A DNA stretch of 64,000 bases from Paragordius varius (Eukaryota; Animalia; Nematomorpha): positions 3,534,001 to 3,598,000 of the forward strand of contig OZ176053.1 in assembly GCA_964247055.1 (NCBI GenBank). The letters are read 5' to 3'. The notes beneath the pieces were generated by a model. It had not been told where the DNA came from. It made no database searches and worked only from the letters and a program-made list of their open reading frames with translations. Position numbers and translations under genes: made by a program. Below are positions 1 through 12,269 of this stretch, one piece after another. Each line of letters opens with the position of its first letter. The first letter of the stretch is position 1.

Positions 1-1338
1 TGTATTCAGAAGATCTTTGGTATAGTCTTCCCATATTTTTATAACCTCGGAATGATTTGTTTGAATATTACCATTTTTATCTTTAATATATTTCGTTTTG
101 GGAATATCTTTTTTGTTTTCATTTGATAATTTCATTCGATTAAAGATTTTGAAATTTTTTGCATCCTTCTCTAGCGACTCTGCAATTTTTATGCTGTTTT
201 CGTGTTTGAGTTTGGTAATTAATTTCGCAACTTCGCTACGTAATTGTAAGTATTTTTTTCGATCTTCCTCTTTATGGGTTTTTTTCCACAATCGAAAGGC
301 TCGGTTTCGTGATTTGATTTGGGGTTTAATCTCATCACTCCACCACCAATTTGACTTCCTTTTCCTAGCGCCCTTTGTCATGCCACATATTGCCTTGGTG
401 TTCTTGAGTAAGGAATTTTTAAAAAGATCCCAGGTTTGACCCACGTTGTTATCGGTTAAGCGACTTTCGTTTAAATCTATATTGACAGCTTCCATAAACT
501 TATCAGCATATATGGGTTTTTGAAGCATTTTAATGTTTGGTTTGGGTTTGTGGTGTCTTATTGGTATGGATTTGGAATTTGATCCAAATAGTAAGGTAGA
601 TACTACTAGCCTATGTTGGGTGTCAGTATTGTAACATTTTGTATCATTGCATATTTTTCTTTTCTCCTTTGGAATCAGAATATAATCAATTTGAGATTTT
701 GCATTTCCTGAGGAATATGTATATAGCTTATGATCAGGTTTGGTAAAGTTTGTATTTAATATGCATAGGTTGAACATTGCACAGAAATCAAGGACGGATT
801 CTCCTTCTTTGTTTAGCAGTCCGTATCCAAAACCACCATGTATACCAGCATATTCGATTCCTTGTTTACCCACGTGTCCATTCATGTCGCCGGCAATCAT
901 TATCAGGTCTTTATCATGAACTTTACGCATTATTTCAAAAAGTTGATCCCAAAATTTTTGTTTTAGACTGTCTGCGAGTCCTGGTTGTGGGGCATATACA
1001 CATATAATATTTATTATGGAGTTACTATGTACTAATCTAATTTGGATTATACGGTCATTGTGTCTTAAAACATCGAGGATGTTGTCACAGTGCTTTTCAT
1101 GTAAAAGAATTCCGACACCTCCTGTCGCCTTATTTCCTCCCTGATAAAAGCATTTATAATCACCAGCGGTGAAGTTGCCGCTTCCAGAATACCTTGTTTC
1201 TTGTAAGCAACACACATCGACTTGTAATAGTTTAAGCTTTTCTACAATATCTATAGTTTTGTTTCTTAGAGATCCTACATTCCACGTCGCATATTTAAAA
1301 GTTTGTCGTTTTAAAATCATTTTAGTTGTAGTTATCAT
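1..1338 (-). CDS. RTE ORF: apurinic-like endonuclease domain and linker (RT domain lies outside the window)
   Basis: Hand translation from ATG 1338 is open to the window edge: ATWNVGSL, CCLQETR, GGVGILL, ICVYAPQ, IAGDMNGHVG, HGGFGYG..NKEGE, YSSGNAKSQIDY, TQHRLVV, WWWSDE, IKDKNG..WEDY. These are typical RTE endonuclease motifs. The ORF is missing from the supplied track, probably because it has no stop inside the window. Confidence 0.92.
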   Translation of the reverse strand, partial: MITTTKMILKRQTFKYATWNVGSLRNKTIDIVEKLKLLQVDVCCLQETRYSGSGNFTAGDYKCFYQGGNKATGGVGILLHEKHCDNILDVLRHNDRIIQIRLVHSNSIINIICVYAPQPGLADSLKQKFWDQLFEIMRKVHDKDLIMIAGDMNGHVGKQGIEYAGIHGGFGYGLLNKEGESVLDFCAMFNLCILNTNFTKPDHKLYTYSSGNAKSQIDYILIPKEKRKICNDTKCYNTDTQHRLVVSTLLFGSNSKSIPIRHHKPKPNIKMLQKPIYADKFMEAVNIDLNESRLTDNNVGQTWDLFKNSLLKNTKAICGMTKGARKRKSNWWWSDEIKPQIKSRNRAFRLWKKTHKEEDRKKYLQLRSEVAKLITKLKHENSIKIAESLEKDAKNFKIFNRMKLSNENKKDIPKTKYIKDKNGNIQTNHSEVIKIWEDYTKDLLNT

Positions 1339-1703
1339 TATTTTAAAAATGAGGCAAAGTTTTACAATTTTATGCCCTTAAAATAAACCTCTTAACTCCG
1401 AGGAGGGGTAAATGCAATCCTAGCATTTAATAGGGAAATTTATTTGGCTTTCAAACCTAGGAAATTGCCTTACGGGGCTAACGAAGTTTCCTCCCCGCAT
1501 TCAGATATCGATAGTATATCATACGTTGTAAGTCCATCATTTTTGTGTCGTTGGAAAGAAGGGCTCTGGTTATAGCGCCAGTTCCCGCTTTATCGATTGT
1601 GTGACTGCAGGCATTGTGGTATTTTATAGAGCATGAGAAGCCTTCTTTCCCATGCTCACCACGCCCCACACCACATCAGACCATACGCATGCCTTTCCAT
1701 GTG

Positions 1704-1755
1704 CCGCTCTCGTTGGTTGGATATCCAGGGTGCACCACGTGGAGGTGAGAGTCGG
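1704..1755 (-). ncRNA. HDV-like (delta-like) ribozyme core at the RTE 5' end, lacking the 5' strand of P1
   Basis: Minus-strand RNA reads CCG-A-CUCUC (P2 5') ACC (P3) UCCACGU (L3) GGU (P3) GCACCCU (P1 3') GG (P1.1) AUAUCCAA C-CAA-C (J4/2) GAGAG-CGG (P2 3'). The order and pairings match the HDV/CPEB3 fold. Confidence 0.75.
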
Positions 1756-2534
1756 ACTTTTTAAAAAATAAATTAATATGGATTTTTTAAGTATTTGCCT
1801 TCAAGCTTTTTTAACTAGATATAGTAATATTTTTTAGCAATTGATATTTATATGACAAATTGTTGATGTAATAGACAAATAGGGTGGCCTTAGCATCCGT
1901 GCTATTTTTCAAAGCTAAACTTTATAAAATATTACAATGTTCATTAATATGCACTAGATTATTTTAAAAAGGCTTATGGTAAAAAACAAACTCTTAAAAG
2001 ATATTTAATTACTTTGGCATTTTTAGATTTTAAAGAATACAATTAAAACACACCAATTAAACTTTAAAAAATAAACTAGTAAATGTTAGGTTAAAAATAT
2101 ATAACAAATAGTATGCCTATGTAAGAGCCATTTTTGTTTTTAGTCCTTTTTACCATATAGATAAATTAAACAGTTATTCATAATAACCAATTGAAAGTGA
2201 CGATTATTTGGCGAAAATTCATGAAATTATTTAATAATTAATATAAAAATATAGTGGTTTGTAACAAATCATATTAAATAGGTAGCATCCATACAATTGT
2301 TTCGTTCAACGCCGTTTGCCATTATATCCTTTCAATAGCTCCTTTGTATTTGCCCTGCATTACCAATATACTATTAAAGTATGGTAACATCTAGCTTTAA
2401 TAAAAATAATTAGGCAAGTAATAGGCTTCAATAAAAAATTTACGAAAAAAATTAAATTAAATATAGAAATTAAAACAGTTTTTTATTATTCCTGTTGATA
2501 AATTAAATATCGGCTAACCATATTCAGCAATAAA

Positions 2535-5500
2535 TTAGCTTTCTTCCAAAACTTCGCTTTTGAAATGTGATTCCACCTTTGGTTCTTCTATAGTGGTAAG
2601 GTCAATAGGGGCTGATGACAACTCATCCATGATAATTACCTCGTTTATAGCGTTCGTATCTTTGACAGTTGTATTTTGGTCATTCGCAATATTCTAAATA
2701 CGTCAATTTTTAAAATCAAACCTAAAAACTTAATCAATCAACTATTTGTTATGTATAAACTAATTATTTTACATTGTTTAATGATTTCTTGGAACGGGAT
2801 TTGCCATACAGTGCATTAAATAATTGAACTAGATCGCATCTAAGCCTATTATCATATGAGAAAAGTAGACTTTCACAGTTACCCGTCATTAAGCTCCATA
2901 AGAGATTAGGAAAATCGGGCAATTGATGTGAAAACATTTTCAATTTTTCGCATTGACTTATTAAAAAAAGTATTACGGCATGTTTGAAATAACGCGTTTC
3001 ATAGGGACTCAGGAGGCAAGACTCAGAAAATATCCAAAGGAAATCTTCAACACTTTGTTCATCTATAAACAATGGAATGATATGAATAGGGAAATAAAAA
3101 ATATTGCGTGGTTAAAAATAAATGTCTGTATTAAAACATATTATTATAATTCAAATCCATATATAATTAATTTTTCTAACAACCACAAGTTTTGAAATTT
3201 TGATAATAAACCCAAAATTTCTATGGTATCAATTAGAAGACATCTTTTATGTCATCATGTTCTATTTTTCAGCAATATAACAAAACTTACATAAACTATG
3301 TTTAAATACATAATTCACAATCTATGCTTATAGCTAAGCAAATACTCACCCATGACTAGAGACATCCAACAATAAAAAGCAACTAATCTCACATCCAAAA
3401 AATTAGATGTAGGGCGATTCTTAATTATGCTTTTGGTTTCCATATCCACATCATTTTCAATGGCGTTTGCGGTTGAGGGCAAAATGAAATAAGATTTAAA
3501 GAATGACTTTATAATACTCAATCTTTCATTAAGTTTGGTGAATTGTTGACAAAGTATTCGCCCTTGTTTATATAGATGGTAAAGTGCTATAAGACCAGCT
3601 TGAGTTACCAAGTATTTATAGGACGTTTTATGAGGTAATATTTCCAAATTTAAGGCACATACAATTATTTTACAAATGTTAACAATATCTGGGGGAGGGG
3701 GAACAGCTTTATTATCTTGAACATCGTTTGGAAACCGGGCTAAATTCGATTAAATAAAAAAGGTGTAATTTTAATTTATCTAATCTATCTTTAAACAAAT
3801 ATAATTTTAATTGAATCAAAAAAAGGTCCGAAAAATATATAAAAATATAACACCTGAATAATGTGGGAAAGAAATGTTTGCCAACGCAATCAAAAGATTA
3901 GCTCTGAATACGTCATCCTGAAACTATTATTAAATATAAGTATATTAGAGAAAATTTTATTAAATTAATTATTTTTTAGAAATCACTAACATTTCAAAAT
4001 ATTACATTACTTGACAAGGTGACAAAAAATAAATGTATACTCTTTATGTATATTTTTTCCTCAATCATATTAAAATCAGCTTTTCAATTATATTTAGCAC
4101 AGCTATCTAAATTTTTGACTCAAAAATTTACCAAACTGTAAAAAGTAAAAGCTTTTTTGGCCTAATATCTAAATTTAATGCTTGTTATTGATATTTGTAG
4201 CTCCGAGATTTAACACCCCCAAAAAATATTTTCAATATAAAAATAAAAAGGGTTATGATGTGTCAATACTGATACAATAAATAAAATCATTAGCTTAAAA
4301 CCAAAATATATATGAAAATTAAGAATAAACCTTACACCCGGCAGTATCACGATAAGTTGCCATGTTTATAAGGCTGGCCAAAATCTCAGGGGTCGTGCGA
4401 ATCCCCGTAAGCATGGCCGTATTTAGGAGAGCGCTATTTTGGGCCATAGATTGTTGTAATTGCAGCTCCGTATTTGATAAATAATTTTGCATGGTTTGAT
4501 TTAGGGCATGTAACGAAGAGGAAATATTGGAGCCAGGATGAAAATCTCCTGAACCTATATTTAGAGCGAATTGATATTTTCAATATGAACAGATAAAAAT
4601 AAAATTGAAAAAACACCAAAAAAATTTAAGATATTTTTAAAATTATGTATTTTACATCTAATATCGTTTCGATAATTTTACCCGCAAAATTTGTCTTTCA
4701 ATATAGTTTACAGTGAAATTGAAACATTTGCCTAAATATAAAATTATAATTGTAAAAAACGTGCCAAATTTACTCAAATTTGCCACGGATATTGAACTAA
4801 GGGCCAAGGGCATGTGACATAGCAAAAAATAGGCCTGGTAATCATAATTGGCCGAACGAAACTCTTTTAATGGCCGAAGTATCATGCGAGGATTAGTGGT
4901 ATTGCAATACAATTTACAAAAAGCAGTTAAAAGTGTTTGTTGATGTTGACTTAGTACATTGGAAGATCCTGATCCACTTGCAGTGTAAGTGTCCACAATT
5001 TGGTTAGTAATCTGTAATTCAATATGTAATATTTTGATTGGGTAATAATTAAATCTATATTCATTGAAAAATTCGGAAATAAATAGCATCGGTCCGTAAA
5101 AAAATAGGTAGAAGAATTTTAAATATATGTTTTAAACAGGTAAATATATTGATCACATTAAAAAGTATTTTTATACGAAGAAACTTATACTAATCAACTC
5201 TTTTTATGCATCGCAAAATAAACAACGCTCGATATGTTTCATTGTTATAAAACGGGTTTTCAATTTAAAGTCATTTTTAATATTTCATAAAAGGAATATA
5301 ATAACTTAAATTTAATTGTTGGACTCAAAACCTTTGTGGCCCACCTCTTCGGAGCCAACAATAATAATGGAAAAATACAGTTTCGGTATTAAAGCTCTGA
5401 CATACATACTCACATGCCATAAAAAATAAAAAAACACTCTAATCTACTTTAGCAAGCGCATAAGCTGCATCTATACGAATGCGATAGAAATGGCGATTAT

Positions 5501-8500
5501 AAAATCGTTTAGCTTGTTCATTAATTGTGTTAACGCCTCCCCCACCTCCTGTCCCAGAAGAAGTCCGTACTTTAGAACTGGATATTCCCCCCGCTGTATT
5601 TCCAAGATTTAGTTGATATTGACCAATGGATTTCAATATGTTGGACACATTAGGACTGGAAACACCCAAATTGTTCATAGATTGAGTGTGGGGCTATCAA
5701 TCAGGAAAAATTAGGGAAAATCATAATTATTAACGTAAAATAAGTGTGGCTAACAAAGTGCTATTATTACATTTTCTACAAAGCTTATTCACAAGAAGTT
5801 ACAAGGACATATGAAGTAAATTTCGCCTCAATATCACATGTATTCGAAAAGATCAGAGTAAACTCCAATTTATTAGGCAAAAACATTTATATATATTTTA
5901 TCGTCGGATACTAAGTTTTTAATATTAATAAATGTTAAATATTGCAATTTGATATATAAAATTGGTAAAAAAAGAATAAGATATTTTACATTAATGTGGT
6001 AATGTAGGATAAATATAGTTGAATCCTCAACAATTTCATTGAGCAAATTTTTAGTTTGTATGATAGTCGATGTTTTCGTCATACTTGTATTCAATGAATG
6101 ATGTAATTTAAAATCTATGCTTGCTCCAAACACTCTTTGATTGGCATCCAAAAAATCTAAGCCCAATTTAAAATGGTAATTATTTAGCATATTATTTAAT
6201 GCGAAAGAATAATTTTAAAGAAAAAAAGGAAGAAAAATTTTCAATTAGGTTTCCATTATTTTTTAGCTAACACAAAAAGTTGCATATTGATTTTCAATCC
6301 TGTGCAACAAAATTTTTTTAATTTAACAGATTGTATATACAGTATGAATAAGTATACGTTGCTAGAAAGTTATTAATTATTGCCAAATAATAACTTCAAT
6401 AAAGGGCAGTATTATTGGCTAATAATAATAAAAAGTGAAAAAATTACTATAAGCCAATAATACTGCCCCTTGATGTAGTTATTATTTGACAATAATTAAT
6501 AACTTTCTAGTAATGTATACTTACTCATACTGTATTTCCTTATTTAAGCAAAAGCAACTGTATGATATTCAAATACCATTCATTCTATATCAAAAGTATC
6601 TACATCAAAATTTTAAAATCCATATCCATCCAACCTAAATATTGAAATCCTTTAGCACCTCCTAGGGTTAAATTTGATGCATCGAAAAGCGGGAAAGACA
6701 TGGTAGGAGGTGAAGTAAATCCTGATAAAACTTTAATAGCTCGCGCTTGGCTGATGACATCACGTTCGTATCGAAGCATCATTTGAAAGTGATAGTCTGG
6801 TTGTTGAATACCCGGTTCTCCGGTATTACCTATACACACAAAAAAACACAATCTTTAGGATTAAATACACGAAATATCATAATATTATCAACAAAATAAA
6901 ACGAAAAGGTATGTTTTACAATAAATTTCTTACCTTTTCTAAAATTGGCGATTTTGTTATGTTATAAAACTTTTAATCAAGGAGGTATAAAAACATAATT
7001 GTATGATTTTCGATAAATTATTTAAAATATTCATGTTAATGATTAAATTTTAATCATATGTGAAAATTTGCATTAATATAGTTGTTTTTTAAACTTGAAT
7101 AATTGCAAAGCCAACATAAAACAGAAAAATAAAGCGTAAATAATTCTTGTCCATAGATAACATACTTAACAATTATAAAGAGTAACCATATCAATCATAT
7201 TACAGTAAAAATCGAAATTATACGGACAAACCTAAAAATATATGGACAAATATTTTTTTCTAAAAGACAATCATACTTTTAAATATTGATTTAAAATAAT
7301 GTAATTCATTGTTTTAAACAGAAAAACCTGTGAAATAAAGATGTATATTACTAACACAATTAAATCTATATTTTACAATTCTAACTTCCCAGATATGAAA
7401 AAAAGTAAGGTTTTAAAAAGTATGGTTGTCTTTTAGATAAAAATATATTTACGTTTTATCCGTATAATTTCAATCTTTCCTGTAAAAGATATAATAATGA
7501 GTCATTATAAAAATGATATTATACCTAACAACAAACATTCGGGATCAAGCGTGATCCAAAGGACTGGGCATTCCGTTTCGAAAGCCATCGTCAAATCAAT
7601 ATCAGCCTCGTCACCATTACATAAAGGAACTTTCTTTTTCTTATTGCGATATCTGAAATATAATATTAATAATTTTTTTAAAATATGTATTAATAAAGTC
7701 AAAGTTGCATCAAAAACTGTTATGTTCATTACAAGTAAAAAAAGGATTCAAAAAAAATCTATAAAATAGGATACGATCCCGGAACAATTATAACACGTGT
7801 GGCAGGTTGAAAAATTTTATACAATTTTTTGATCGTTATATATTAAAGAAGTAATAACGGAAACAATTTAATACAAAAGTTAACTGGAATATAACGTAAA
7901 TTTACAAACAATTAGAAAATGAAAAATAACGTTTTAGTCTTGGAATGACAAGGCAAATCGTATTTCCGGTTTCCCTCTTCAATGTTGATTGTGTGAAGAA
8001 AATTTCCATCCATTTCTTGGACCCTTACCTGGAGGGGTCCAACATATCGAAAATATGCTATATAAAAATTATTTAACGCTTGTTAGCATAATTTATCATT
8101 CTATTCTATGAATAATGATAGAATTAATGTGATTTGAGCAGTAATATAAACTATTTCGCCATGTAATTACCTATGATATATAGTTAAATGAAAATATATT
8201 TCGATTACTTTTACCTTAAACAGTAAATTACTATACATTACATTTGTCCTAACAACCATGTAATCTATTTAATATGGCTTTGAAATAGTTAATGTTCATT
8301 TCCTTTGTTTCCGTGCCCAAGAAAAACCAGTTGTTAAGAAAACAAGGCCTAAACTTAAGAACACGGGTGCCCAACACAAATGGCTTAAAGAGCCGCTTTT
8401 TGACCGAAACCGGAAGCTTCATTTATAAATACATGGTCATTAATAAATCTATAAAAAATACGAAAACTATGTAACAAAGGGAATACTTATTTTCTTTAAA

Positions 8501-11500
8501 TAGTAGGCTGCAACGAATACTTTATACAAAGAAAAATAGCCGAAAATAAAAAAAATATAATATTCCTTAAGTTAGCATAAATATGTGTAAATGTTAAGTC
8601 CAAAGTTAATAGCATATTATTATTAAATAAAAGAAATAAAGAAACAAGATTTTAGTAACAGTAGGGGCATATGAAAGGAACAGCGATTCGTAAAGATTTT
8701 GGACACAGGCTGAAATTTTAGCATGTAAAAGTCGATAAGTAGATAATACCAAATAAATAAGGAGGAATCCCTGAACGACTAAAATAATTAAAATTATTAA
8801 AATGTAAAGATAACCCTTCACAAAATGACGACAATAAATAAATGAATAAAAAGGCTTGTGAAAAAGAAACAAAATTATTTCCTGTTAACTTAAACAGCAT
8901 TTGCCTTAAAAATATCAAAATATTTCGAAAGGACGGGAAGCACCGTATAAAACCGCTATCAAAAGTAAAATTAGTATTTCCGATTAAATTAAAAAAATCT
9001 ATGTATTGTGCACAAATTAAAAGTATCAGTACTATAATTCTGTAGTAAAATATGGCAAAAAAATTGAAAAAATCAACATTTAAATATGCTTAGCTCAAAA
9101 AAATCATTTCTAAACCTTTCCCAATCAAATCTTGTCGAATGTCCAATTCAAGTAAACTCTTTTTTCGGCTAAAATTGTAGGAACCGTGGATGTTAACGAG
9201 ACCCGCTTGATAAACCCACATATCAAAAAAAGACTGCAAATCCTTACCTATATATATATATTTACAAATACCGTTATATAAATAATTATATATAATGCTA
9301 TTTTCAAATAATTCATTAACAAAAAAAATTTTTTTAAATGTAACCTGTAACAGTATATATGAATTTAAGGAAAGATGAGACAGATATAACAATATTGTTC
9401 CAAGCCAAAGGATTTTCCTGTGTTGGCTCTGGTCCATTAGCCGAGGTAGAGGCGAGAGTAAGAATTTTGTTAAATACCTAAATATCAACTAAAATGATTG
9501 CAGTGAAAGATGCGTGGTTTACACATAACTTTCCAAAATTAAACATAAATTTGATGGAATAATTTAAGCGTTAAACTAAACCGTTACTTATCGTATAAAT
9601 TTCATGCATGTTAGCACGCATGAGTAGACACAATTTGACTTGGGGAGAGTGGCATATCGATAATAGCATTATAATTTTGATATATATGAATTTGTCAACA
9701 TTACTTAATTAATAAATTTAAACGAAAATGAAACAGTAAATACAGGAAAAACACAAGGGTTAACACCAAAATATTGAATATGTAGGTTAGAATTTTTCTT
9801 TAAAACAATTTTAGTTTCAAGTTACGATCGATAATCGGAATTAAAAATTATATTTTTTTTATAAAAGCACTATGATTGTTTATAGCCACAAAAATAATTC
9901 ATGTCTCTCTTTATATTTACGCTAAATAAACCTGTATAAGTTTATTCTTTCCAATACGATGTTGTATCATGCGTACAAAAAGCTTGGCTTTGATCAACAC
10001 CATTTCACAATGTTCAGTGCTATAGTAAACGGGTAAAAGATTGTAAAAGGATGGATAATCACCGATACATAAACTTTCTCGCAATGTTTTAGCTTGTAAT
10101 TCTAATTGCTCTTTTCGAGCTAAGGTGGTTGGTTTGAAGGGCTTGTTTGGTTTATTTGATTTTCGGGCATCCATTGCTTTTTCAAGATGTCTTAAGGATC
10201 TAACACAATCCTCATGTTCTGATAAAACACGAGTGGAATCAAGTAATATGGGTGTATTGGTTGTTTCATAGTTACAAAGCATCTCCATATTTTTGTGAAT
10301 CATATAACGGTATTCGTTGAAACCTAGCCAATAACAAAATGTTTTATAATAAGGCTTTGTTGCTTCACATATCAATATAAAATTTATAGGTTAAAAATAG
10401 TACGGGCACTTGTGGTATATGCAAATTTCCCATTTAGTTTATAAACGCAATAATTATCTAAACTATTAATATAATATAATAGACATTTTAACAAATTACT
10501 TTTATAGATAATAAAGTTAATTAGTGCATTATAAGATTCAAAGTTGCTTAATATATTGTTATAAAATTCTGTTACTTATAAAATAAAACAAACTAATGGT
10601 TAATAACAGAAAATTAATGCTGACCAGTCCTATTTGAGACTAGACATCCATAAAATGCGAAACCGATAGAGATAAACAGTGTTTCTTATTTACGCCTTTG
10701 ATATAGTTTATAAAATGAATGAGATAAAAACAAATAATTTTATTCCTAATTCATACCAAACACTTTTTGGACATAGAGATCAGTTATAAATCCAGCAATC
10801 CCAAATGGTAACCAGGCTTCAGTTAAACTTTGAGCTGTTATAAAACGCCCAAAAAATTGAAGAGCAATTCCGTACGCTTGGGTCCGACGAGTTATCCAAA
10901 TTTGTTCCGCATTTTCTGGCCCATATAATAATCGATGATCCATAACTGACATTGTTGCAAACGATGCTAAACCGGATGAATTATAAAACCCAATGGAATC
11001 ATCGATAAACACTTGCTTGTAACATGTGTATGGGAATCGTGAACTCAGTAGTTCTTCATAAAATTCAAATATGCGATGAATCTAAATATAGAACGTAATA
11101 TGTCACATGTAAAAAAATATAAGGCTAGAAAGAGAGAGTAAAATATGGTAATAACTTGTTTATTGGAGTGATACATGTGAGGCATTTTCAGGCCAGGCAT
11201 ACAAAAATTGGTAATTTCATGCATATTTGGATCAATTAACATGTCAAAGTGTCCACATATAATACCAATATATGGAGCAGGTGTGGGGGTGTTAAGCATA
11301 AACTGAAATGTATGCAAAAACGAGTTATTATCAGACATTTCTTTTGTGGCATTTTGTAGATCTCCTGGTCCAATTGCGATTAAGGGTATATTGTGCTTAT
11401 CACAAGCAAAATTTTGCGACCGTAATTTTATTACAATCTCCCAGGGGGTAACGTGTGAAATGTCATCCAAACATGGAAACCAAAATTTGGAGGATTGTTC

Positions 11501-11971
11501 GAATAGCGTAAATCCAGAATTAGTGTAAAAATAATTATAGAAGCATCCATTTTTACAATTTAAATTTATAGTGTCAAAGGATATTAAACTAAAGTTGCAA
11601 ATGCAAAACTCTATTTTAAGGTTAACCAAGGCATCGGGCTGATTTAAAAGATTAATTTTTAATTGACCTTGTTTGTGATATGAAGAAACCGAAGGATAAA
11701 TTATCGCGCCATACTCATAAGAAAGTTCATCTAAATTAAGGTATGTATCATTGGAATCCAATTGGGTTTCAGGATCAAAATAATCATAATTTAAAATTTG
11801 TTGATCCTGATATATTTTAATAATGCGGATCTCCCTAGAATTCAGGTATAACGTTGGATTAGTTGAGTTACATAAAATTTTAATATGTGTCTCTCCATAT
11901 AATGTTTTGTCTTCATAATTTAAGCTATTTATTATCAGTTTTTGGTGTAAAATTTTGAAATCTTTTAACAT
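2535..11971 (-). CDS. TAF2: Transcription initiation factor TFIID subunit 2 (multi-exon, about 15 exons)
   Basis: Exon translations match TAF2 motifs in order: HQKLII..GETHI, KFWFPC (about 11480), IFEFYEELLSSRFPY..VFIDD (about 11080-11000), AQSLTEAWLPFGIAG, KAKLFVRMIQHRIG, VFNKILTLAST, GKDLQ..WVYQAG..FSRKKSLLELDIRQD, YVGPLQVRVQEMDG..LPCHSK, KKKKVPLCNGDE..VLWITLDP, MLRYERDVISQ, FYRIR, YFLLCHMPLA, DDVFRANLLIALAN, LNLEILP..SYK, DNRLRCD. GT-AG junctions keep the frame. The terminal exon (stop 2535) is less certain. Confidence 0.93.
6338..6534. mobile_element. Hairpin MITE (Tc1/mariner type) in a TAF2 intron
   Basis: About 80 bp near-perfect inverted arms (TACAGTATGA...GGGCAGTATTATTGGCT / AGCCAATAATACTGCCC...TCATACTGTA) around a short spacer, with TA at both ends. 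Confidence 0.8.
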
Positions 11972-12011
11972 GTTGAATAAATGTATGTGAACTTACAACG
12001 TATGGATAAAA

Positions 12012-12269
12012 TACATTTACAATTCAAATTCACCTTAAAAAAATTATGTGTTTTCGGGCTAAAATAACTCATCATCAATATAATATATTCTTATGCATAT
12101 AATTTTTTCAATATTATAATTTACACAAAATATTATTATTTAAAAATATAAAAAATATAGGTTATTTGTAATTTTAAAAAACACATAATCTATTTAGCGT
12201 AAATTTCAATGTTCGAGAGTGATTATTAATTTGTTCAACGGGGAAAAGTGATTTGAATTGTAAATGGTA
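12012..12269. mobile_element. MITE family A copy, about 40 bp upstream of the TAF2 ATG
   Basis: Ends (C)CATTTACAATTCAAATTCACC and GTGATTTGAATTGTAAATGG-TA. Homologous to 26691-26982, 32642-32888 and 52978-53276. Confidence 0.75.

Larger units (their letters stand above)
1..1757 (-). mobile_element. RTE-clade non-LTR retrotransposon (LINE), 5' portion; continues off the left edge of the window
   Basis: Minus strand has a GC-richer 5' UTR with short uORFs (about 1757-1339) followed by an open APE endonuclease ORF. GC content drops abruptly to host AT-rich DNA beyond about 1757. The TSD cannot be checked because the 3' end is outside the window. Confidence 0.9.

Noticed and set aside
98-1381. 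Plus-strand ORFs at 98-439, 777-1007 and 1169-1381
   Set aside because: Antisense shadows of the open RTE ORF, with no independent motifs.
1440-1700. Possible hammerhead ribozyme in the RTE 5' UTR (CUGAUG.. and GAAA words)
   Set aside because: The core reads CUGAUGU rather than CUGANGA, and I could not build stems I-III. The HDV-like fold explains the 5' end better.
4732-4773. Apparent 42-nt GT-AG intron in TAF2
   Set aside because: The peptide it would create does not match TAF2. The same phase-1 donor joins the exon at about 4554 and restores the TPEIL..Y.D alignment.
8024-8037. CTTACCTGGAGGGG, resembling the U1 snRNA 5' end
   Set aside because: It is the reverse complement of TAF2 coding sequence (GPLQVR, a cryptic CAG|GTAAG). 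No U1 stem-loops or Sm site follow.
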